A DNA stretch of 39,392 nt from Myxococcota bacterium. GTDB lineage: Bacteria; Myxococcota_A; UBA796; GCA-2862545. The stretch spans positions 1-39,392 of the forward strand of contig JBCCQY010000076.1 in the NCBI GenBank assembly GCA_039208735.1. Reading direction: 5' to 3'. Below are positions 28,516 to 34,957 of this stretch, one piece after another. The translations under genes and the position numbers were made by a program. Within the stretch, counting starts at the first letter, position 1. The number at the start of each line of letters is the position of its first letter. The notes beneath the pieces were generated by a model. That model was not told the origin of the DNA. It saw only the letters and a list, made by a program, of their open reading frames with translations, and did not search any database.

Positions 28516-29451
28516 CTACCCCCCTGCATCGGCGGGGAGCGCCACTTCGAGCCATCCATCAACGACCCGCCACGTCCACCCCGTCGGAGCGAAGCAGCTT
28601 CCGTAGCCTCGCTTGACCAATTGCGTCAACTCGTCGATCTGACCTGTGCGAAGCCCTCGGGCGACGCGCAAGCAAAACCGTCGGAAAAGCGGTTCGGGAA
28701 GTGCCTGAAGCTCCTTCAGCGGCCACGGGCCCTCCGCAGCCAGGGCCCGAGCCTCGAGTAGGCCTTCGAGAAACGCTTCGTCCGCAGCGAGGTGGTCGGC
28801 AGCCCTCGCGATGGTGCGCTCCGCACCCGGACGCAAGGCCTCAAGCAGCGGGAGTACCTGGGCTCGGACTCGGTTTCGGAGGTATCGAGGCGATGCATTC
28901 GAGGGGTCTTCGCGGTGGGACAGCCCGCGCAATGTCGCCCAGCGTTCGAGCTCCAAGCGCGTCACGTCGAGCAGCGGCCGCACGTATCGGTCTCGTCGCC
29001 ACCGCATCCCCCCAAGGCCCCGCTGTCCGGCTCCCTGGATCAACCGCAACAGAACGGTTTCAGCTTGGTCTCGCCGATGATGGGCAAGCGCAACTCGATC
29101 GACTTCCAACCGGTCGAATACCGCGTAACGGGCCTCTCGGAGCTGGGCCTCGCTCGCGTCGGGGCCTCCCGAAACGGTCTCAACCACAACGGGCAGCCCG
29201 TATTTTGAACTCAATTCCTCGACAAAGGCTGCGTCGTGGGCCGTGTCAGAGCGAGTCTGGTGGTCGACGTGCACCACCGAAAGCGCACCCCGGTGCCAGG
29301 CCGCGGTGGCACACAGCAGGTCGAGCAGCGCCACGCTGTCTTGGCCGCCGCTGACGGCCACGGCCACGCGATGCCCCGCCTCCCAAAGGGCATGCGTGGC
29401 AATCCGTTGCCCCACCTTGTGGCGAAGGCGCCCTGGATGCGACGGGCTCAT
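28516..29451 (-). CDS. tilS: tRNA(Ile)-lysidine synthetase (short form)
   Basis: PP-loop VAVSGGQDS, HVDHQTR, LAHHRRDQAETVL, RPLL, DPSN and RNRVR. Upstream of ftsH. Confidence 0.9.
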   Translation of the reverse strand: MSPSHPGRLRHKVGQRIATHALWEAGHRVAVAVSGGQDSVALLDLLCATAAWHRGALSVVHVDHQTRSDTAHDAAFVEELSSKYGLPVVVETVSGGPDASEAQLREARYAVFDRLEVDRVALAHHRRDQAETVLLRLIQGAGQRGLGGMRWRRDRYVRPLLDVTRLELERWATLRGLSHREDPSNASPRYLRNRVRAQVLPLLEALRPGAERTIARAADHLAADEAFLEGLLEARALAAEGPWPLKELQALPEPLFRRFCLRVARGLRTGQIDELTQLVKRGYGSCFAPTGWTWRVVDGWLEVALPADAGG

Positions 29452-29987
29452 CGTGGTTCCCTAGCCGACAACCGCGCCAACGCTTGGGCCTGGTCCGGCG
29501 AAGTGCCGTCGAGGACCGCACGAACCCGCCCTTTCGCCCCACAACGACGACACAGGTGGTGAATCACGGGATGCCCACCGATGAGTTCCAGTCGCTGGGG
29601 ATCCATGATCCCGCCACAATCCGATGCGCGGTCCCCGGGAACCAGGTCGACATGCTTTGAACACAGGCACCAAGGACAATGGTTGCGCGCCGTACGTCCG
29701 TGAGCGGGCACCTCGCGGCCGCAATTCTCACAGGTGAACGGCTCATCTCGGGCGATCGGATTGAGCCTTTCCCGAGACTCGGCCTCTCGGCCTCTGGCCC
29801 GTCGCAACACCCGCTTGCTCGGCCAGCTCGCCACGTCGGCATCGAACGCCACTCCGCGCCGCCGTCCTTCCTCGATGACCGCCTGTCGCAGCGTAGGATC
29901 GGCATCGAGTTCAGGGGCCAGTTTGCGAATGTCTCCCCGGGTGCGTGCGGCAGCAAGCAGGGCTCGGGCCCGTTCGCGGACGTCCAT
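29448..29987 (-). CDS. RNHCP domain protein with N-terminal helical extension
   Basis: F.CENCG...RNHCPWCLCSKHVD..PGDR..DCGG.M...HLCRRCG. ATGA overlap with tilS. Confidence 0.82.
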   Translation of the reverse strand: MDVRERARALLAAARTRGDIRKLAPELDADPTLRQAVIEEGRRRGVAFDADVASWPSKRVLRRARGREAESRERLNPIARDEPFTCENCGREVPAHGRTARNHCPWCLCSKHVDLVPGDRASDCGGIMDPQRLELIGGHPVIHHLCRRCGAKGRVRAVLDGTSPDQAQALARLSAREPR

Positions 29988-29995
29988 AGCGATGC

Positions 29996-31840
29996 CTAAC
30001 GACCAGGTCGGAGACCCGCCGGACCGATGCTGACCGCAGGCGGGACCAGCAAGTTGGAGACCCGGTCGGCCCCGCTGCCATCATCCGCCACGACGAAAAC
30101 CACCCGATGATCGAGCCATGGGTCGCCGGATGACAACGTGGTTCCACCCGCCTCCGAACCCACCGCCCAACAACTCACTCCGTCACAAGTGAAGGTGATG
30201 CCGGCGGACGGCTCCACCATGAAGCCCCATTGTGCCCCGTCGGCCACCGATACCCAGCCATCTTCAACCGTCGCCGTTGGATTCGAGAGTCCGGGTGCGA
30301 CCGACTGGACTGGCCGAACGTCGCCGGCTTCATCCGCCATCACGCTGGCATTGGGGCTGTACCGCAGCTTCGCGAAGGCCACGGGCACCTCCCCGTACGT
30401 CCACCACCACGTCTCGACGGCGAACGGGTTTCCCGCGGCACCCACGCTCTCGATGACCCCCACGCCTCCCGCATCTGCAATGATCCGCGAGACCGCCCCT
30501 GGCGCAGCGAGACGCAGCCACTCCCCGCCACTTCGCGCCCCGTTCCCCTCAAACGCATCGGCCCATGACAGCACGTTCGTGCCGCCCACCCGAAAGTCGT
30601 CGAGCAACCCACCGCGGTCGGGGTCCAGGCTCAGTTCGAGGTGCGACGTCCCAAGCGAGGTCGGCGAGACGGAGGGCGTCAATGAAGTTGCCGAAGGGCC
30701 TCCAAAGTAGAGGCCAACCTCAACGGGAACGCTGGCGAGCAGGGGCTCACCGAAGCGGAGGTGGACCGCTCCGAAGGCATCACCCACCGGATCGCGTGGA
30801 TCGGCCGCTTCGAGGATCCGCGCAAAACCATCGGTGAACGATACGTCGACCGACCGTGCCCCCTGGGCGCAGTCTTGGGTCCACGCGGTCAGGGTCCCCG
30901 GGTCGAACGGACCGGACTCGCCCAAGTCGTCCAGCACAGACCGAAAGTCCACATCGACGAACGCGACGGGGTTCGGGCCCGTCAACACCGACGACACCAC
31001 CGTCAAGGTGACTCGAAAGGGCTGGTCCGGATCGGCCCACGCCGTGTTGGCGGGACCAAACCCATCGCAATCGGAGTCTCGGGCATCGCAACGTTCAAGC
31101 GCCCCGGGGAACACGGTCGCATCGAAGTCGTTGCAATCGCCTGGGGTGACCGCCCAGTAGGGGTTGGGAGGCACGCAGGTCGTGAGCGTGACCGGTCCCT
31201 CGACTCCCACGCCATCCTCGTCTTCGTCGGGCCACCAGGTGGGGAGTGCGGCGTCGGGGTCGGCATCGTCGACCAGACCATCACAGTCGTCATCTCGGTC
31301 GTTGCAGACCTCGGTGGCATCCGGTGCGATCTGCGCATCGTCGTCGTTGCAATCGCCGCTCTGCGCAACGGTTCCTTCGTTGTCGCACGTGAGCCGTTCC
31401 TCTCCTCCCCACCCATCGCCATCGGCGTCGACGTAACGAAGGCGGTCCGGATCTTCGTCGATGAGCCCGTCGCAATCACTGTCGGCACCGTCACAGCCAT
31501 CGGGTTGTTGGGGGCGAACGGAGGGGTCGTCTGGCGCGCAATCTCCCAGCAGCCGCGCCCATGCGCGGTCGTCGGGAGGGACGCAGACGTCGATCGCTCC
31601 CGTGGCATCGGAAGCGGCATAGCCATCGCCGTCCGGATCTGGCCACCATCGCAACGGCACGACATCGGCGTCGGCATCGTCGATGGCACCGTCACAGTCG
31701 TTGTCCCGTGCGTCGCAAACCTCGAGTGCCCCGGGGTGGACGAAGGCATCAGCGTCGTCACAGTCGACGTCGTCCAGAAACCCGTCCCGATCGCGGTCGA
31801 GGGGGACCGTAGAGGAACACGCGAGGAGAAACGCCCACAT
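29996..31840 (-). CDS. Putative surface protein/lipoprotein with four MopE-related Asp/Cys-rich metal-binding repeats and a beta-rich C-terminal region
   Basis: N-terminus MWAFLLAC; four DC-x(7)-P-x(5)-C-x(3)-D-x-DCDG units with WxxDxDGDG linkers. Confidence 0.82.
   Translation of the reverse strand: MWAFLLACSSTVPLDRDRDGFLDDVDCDDADAFVHPGALEVCDARDNDCDGAIDDADADVVPLRWWPDPDGDGYAASDATGAIDVCVPPDDRAWARLLGDCAPDDPSVRPQQPDGCDGADSDCDGLIDEDPDRLRYVDADGDGWGGEERLTCDNEGTVAQSGDCNDDDAQIAPDATEVCNDRDDDCDGLVDDADPDAALPTWWPDEDEDGVGVEGPVTLTTCVPPNPYWAVTPGDCNDFDATVFPGALERCDARDSDCDGFGPANTAWADPDQPFRVTLTVVSSVLTGPNPVAFVDVDFRSVLDDLGESGPFDPGTLTAWTQDCAQGARSVDVSFTDGFARILEAADPRDPVGDAFGAVHLRFGEPLLASVPVEVGLYFGGPSATSLTPSVSPTSLGTSHLELSLDPDRGGLLDDFRVGGTNVLSWADAFEGNGARSGGEWLRLAAPGAVSRIIADAGGVGVIESVGAAGNPFAVETWWWTYGEVPVAFAKLRYSPNASVMADEAGDVRPVQSVAPGLSNPTATVEDGWVSVADGAQWGFMVEPSAGITFTCDGVSCWAVGSEAGGTTLSSGDPWLDHRVVFVVADDGSGADRVSNLLVPPAVSIGPAGLRPGR
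31061..31765 (-). repeat. Four degenerate intragenic MopE-like repeats
   Basis: DCDDADAFVHPGALEVCDARDNDCDG / DCAPDDPSVRPQQPDGCDGADSDCDG / DCNDDDAQIAPDATEVCNDRDDDCDG / DCNDFDATVFPGALERCDARDSDCDG. Confidence 0.85.
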
Positions 31841-31849
31841 GCCGCGAAC

Positions 31850-32833
31850 TTAACGCATGGCTCGGGTGTAGACGGCCTCAGTTTGTTCCACCATGCGAGC
31901 GACTGCGTGGCGCTCAACCAACGCGGCGCGTCCAGCCAAGGCGCGCTTCCGGGCTTCGTCGAGCCTTTCCAAGACCCGACGCAGGGCTTGGGCCAGCCGC
32001 CGAGGAGACCGGGACGGCACGAGAGTACCCCGATCCTCCACCACCTCAGCAAGCCCCCCGGCCCAGGTCGTGACGGTCGGACACCCTGCACTGAGTGCCT
32101 CAATGACGGCTTGCCCCAAGCCCTCTTCGCGAGACGGGTGAACGAAGGCATGGGCGCGGTGCAAGAGCGGCGCGACCTCGGCCACCTGTCCAAGCAGGGT
32201 CACCCGCGACGTCAGCCCATGGCGTTGGACGAACCGCTCGAGAGAGCCACGCTCCGGGCCTTGCCCGGCAATGACCAACTCCGCATCGACCTCGGTCATG
32301 GCGCGCAGCAGGTCGATGTGCCCTTTGTGGGGGACCAGCGCCCCTACCGCGACCAGCCGCCGTGGAGGCGGTCGTGGCCAGGGCCCGATCGGCAAGGGCA
32401 ACACAGCATCGTAGACCACCCGGAGGGGGGTTCGAACGCCGGCGCGGCGCAGGACGTTGGCCACCGCAGCACTCACGGCGACCACATGACGCGCTTGGTT
32501 GTAGCGGCGCACCGTGACTCGGCTGGGAACAAAGTCGACCCGCCGGTGGACGACCAACGGAACGCCAAGGCCGTGGCACAACGCCAAGGCGTGGTGGGTA
32601 TGTGCGGCAATGAGGTCGGGACGCGTCTTGAGGAGGAGCCGTCGCAGGGCCCTCCGCCCCCACAAACGCCCTCGGAACGCCACTCGGTGCACTGGAATGG
32701 CCCACTCATGAGGCCATGATGCCCGCCCTGGCGCGGCGACGATGGCCTCGTGCGACCCGTGATGAACGAGGAGTTCGAGCTGCCGTTGTCCGCCCCGAGC
32801 GCCGACTTCCGTGTCGACGTGCAGGACCCTCAC
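31850..32833 (-). CDS. Glycosyltransferase family 4 (GT-B, LPS/envelope)
   Basis: RVLHVDT...RGGQRQ, AVS.AV, VGALVPHKG, and the EX7E motif FVHPSREEGLGQAVIEA...GGLAEVV. GTG 32833 overlaps the Trm112 stop (GTGA). Confidence 0.85.
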   Translation of the reverse strand: MRVLHVDTEVGARGGQRQLELLVHHGSHEAIVAAPGRASWPHEWAIPVHRVAFRGRLWGRRALRRLLLKTRPDLIAAHTHHALALCHGLGVPLVVHRRVDFVPSRVTVRRYNQARHVVAVSAAVANVLRRAGVRTPLRVVYDAVLPLPIGPWPRPPPRRLVAVGALVPHKGHIDLLRAMTEVDAELVIAGQGPERGSLERFVQRHGLTSRVTLLGQVAEVAPLLHRAHAFVHPSREEGLGQAVIEALSAGCPTVTTWAGGLAEVVEDRGTLVPSRSPRRLAQALRRVLERLDEARKRALAGRAALVERHAVARMVEQTEAVYTRAMR

Positions 32834-32976
32834 CGCCCGGCGATCGCCCGCTCGTCGATGAGCCACGGCACCCCGTCGACCACGGGGTACGTCAGGTTGC
32901 AGGCTGCACAGAAGAGTCCAAGGTCGGCGTCGGTAAGCTCACCCCGACACCGCGGACACACAAGCACACGCCGCAA
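32830..32976 (-). CDS. Trm112/YcaR-family small protein (start uncertain)
   Basis: LVCPRCRGEL...LFC..C...YPVVDGVPWLI matches Trm112/UPF0434. Candidate starts are TTG 32976 or GTG 33072. Confidence 0.75.
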   Translation of the reverse strand: MRRVLVCPRCRGELTDADLGLFCAACNLTYPVVDGVPWLIDERAIAGR

Positions 32977-32984
32977 TTCGGGCG

Positions 32985-33947
32985 CTAGAGTCCAGGCCCC
33001 ATGAACTGCTGCTGGAGTGCCGACATCCCGTTGTTTGTTGCCGGGATTTCGGCCGTCATCCCGACGTCCCACTCATCCTCCGCGTCGAGGGCGACGATGC
33101 GCCCACGTTGAAGGTAGGGGTAACCCTCGAATCCCTGCGAAATCAACGACGACGGTGTCGGATGGCCTGCCATCGTCCAGTTGCGCTCCACGAGTTGCCC
33201 CGTAGCCGTGTCGAGCGTGGTCTCGCTTTCGACCCGCATCCGGTAGATGTTGACGCCGTCGTTGGGCGACACCGTGCCCCGACCCGCAGAAGCAACGAAG
33301 GCCCGGTCGCCGTCGCGTCCGATCACTTTGTGAACGATCTCGGCAACGCCTGCGGTGCCGGTGACCGACGGAGCCGAGACGAGCCAGCTGTGGTGTTGCA
33401 ACCAACCGCTCTCAGCGGATTGCTTGGGCAACGGCAGATCGAGACCGGCAAATACGCGGGTCAGGACGAGTCGCATATTCTCGTTGATTCGGCCGAAGCG
33501 ACGATTCCGGCGATCTAGACCATCGATATCGATGTTCTTCAAGGAACCGTCCGACCGAATCTGCAACTGCACCGTGATTCCGGTCAGTCGCGCATCGAGT
33601 TCACCGAGGATGGGCTCCAAAAGTCCTTTCTCTTGGGGCAGCGACATCGCCTTAATGCCGACATCCGTGAGTACACAGGCGATTTCAGACCGCTTGCGCG
33701 TCATCGTCTGGAGTTTGCATTCCGTCACGAGTCCCAGCGAGAACTCGCGAACCCGAGCCTGCTTGTTGTAGCCGGATGCGAACCAGAGCATTTCCGGCAA
33801 CACGACATCGGTCTGCATTCCAAACCGCAACGGCTGCGCATAATCCCAGGTCATCAGTGCCGTTTCGGCCATGGCGCCTTCATCGTGGTGCGGGTGCGCA
33901 ACACTCACTCCGGCGAACAGCGATCCGAGCAGGATGGGTCCAACCAA
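32985..33947 (-). CDS. Exported hypothetical protein, 320 aa, beta-rich
   Basis: TTG start with a perfect AAAGGAGG SD 5 nt upstream. Hydrophobic signal ending VSVA, then HPHHD. Fills the gap in the operon; no family recognised. Confidence 0.7.
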   Translation of the reverse strand: MVGPILLGSLFAGVSVAHPHHDEGAMAETALMTWDYAQPLRFGMQTDVVLPEMLWFASGYNKQARVREFSLGLVTECKLQTMTRKRSEIACVLTDVGIKAMSLPQEKGLLEPILGELDARLTGITVQLQIRSDGSLKNIDIDGLDRRNRRFGRINENMRLVLTRVFAGLDLPLPKQSAESGWLQHHSWLVSAPSVTGTAGVAEIVHKVIGRDGDRAFVASAGRGTVSPNDGVNIYRMRVESETTLDTATGQLVERNWTMAGHPTPSSLISQGFEGYPYLQRGRIVALDAEDEWDVGMTAEIPATNNGMSALQQQFMGPGL

Positions 33948-33952
33948 AACGG

Positions 33953-33960
33953 CCTCCTTT
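33953..33960 (-). promoter_or_regulatory. Strong Shine-Dalgarno sequence (AAAGGAGG)
   Basis: Reverse complement of CCTCCTTT, 5 nt before TTG 33947. Confidence 0.7.
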
Positions 33961-34000
33961 CACGACATGTATTGTGCCGCACGCCCAATCCGACCGGACG

Positions 34001-34948
34001 TCACGAACGGGCTCTACCCCTCAGCTTGCGGATGGTGGCAGCACGTCTCGATTTGTTCACATTGACGGTCGGCGGCCCCCCCACGGTGCACACGCCGATC
34101 AGCGGGCAATCTACGCAAACCTCGTCCGGCTGGCCCTTACAACCACCCGAGATGCCAAGATGTGCCAACGCGAAATCGAATCGGACGGGATCGTCTGGAT
34201 CGATCGCCCGCAGCCCCGCCGTGACCTCCAACGCCGTACGCAAACTTCCGTCTTTTCGCGTCGTAAGTCCCACGTAGCGGGCGATACGTAGCACGTGCGT
34301 ATCGAGGGGTACGACCAGCTCGGATGGGCTTCGCGTCGTCCAAAGGCCCCGATCGATGCCCTCGGTCGATGGACGAATGAGCCAACGGAGGATCATCCAC
34401 CACCGTTTGGTGGCCGAGCCGTCGGCGGGCCGTGGCAGGAACATCCGGACGCCTCGGGGCAAGTCTCCGAAAGCCTCCGCCGACACTCCGACCGCGGGAG
34501 CCTCCGCCACCACCGCGTCGCGGAGCGCTCCAACCAAATCATCAAGGGCTTCGGGCAGGGGGCGTCCTGCCGTGAGCAATGCTTCCAGACTATCGACGCG
34601 CTGGTACAGTCGCCGGAGCGCGGACAGCAGCAGAATCCAGTCGATTCCGCGGTTCCACCGATACACGAGCGGTGCGAGGTCGTCCGGTTCGAATGCGTCC
34701 ACCCAAGCCCTTGGTCCCCCCGACGCATCTGCCATAGTGAACAGGCGCTCGAGCACCGGGCCGAATGCGGCTACTCGCCCGTAAGCAAGGGTCCCCGAAA
34801 GGATTGCGGCGACCTCTTGGTCGATCGGCACATCGTAGCGATGGACAAACCGAACCGGATCACGTGCCAAACGTGCTTCACGGGGCGTTTCGACCAACAG
34901 GGCCTCGAGCCGAGGACCCAGACCTCGGGGGTCTACAGGAGCCTGCAT
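34001..34948 (-). CDS. TIGR02757/DUF2400-family protein (HhH-like, C-terminal Cys4 cluster motif)
   Basis: Motifs DPVRFVHRY, DQEVAA...LAYGRV, SATKRW.M.LRW.IR, D.GLW, LVVPLDTHV, DPDDPVRFDFAL.HLG and Cx7Cx2Cx5C. Confidence 0.85.
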   Translation of the reverse strand: MQAPVDPRGLGPRLEALLVETPREARLARDPVRFVHRYDVPIDQEVAAILSGTLAYGRVAAFGPVLERLFTMADASGGPRAWVDAFEPDDLAPLVYRWNRGIDWILLLSALRRLYQRVDSLEALLTAGRPLPEALDDLVGALRDAVVAEAPAVGVSAEAFGDLPRGVRMFLPRPADGSATKRWWMILRWLIRPSTEGIDRGLWTTRSPSELVVPLDTHVLRIARYVGLTTRKDGSLRTALEVTAGLRAIDPDDPVRFDFALAHLGISGGCKGQPDEVCVDCPLIGVCTVGGPPTVNVNKSRRAATIRKLRGRARS

Positions 34949-34957
34949 CGGGGGGAC

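Noticed and set aside
31061..31765. Repeated sequence considered as a CRISPR or other DNA-level array
   Set aside because: The repeats are degenerate at nucleotide level, in frame and conserved as protein (MopE-like). There are no identical repeats with unique spacers and no cas genes.
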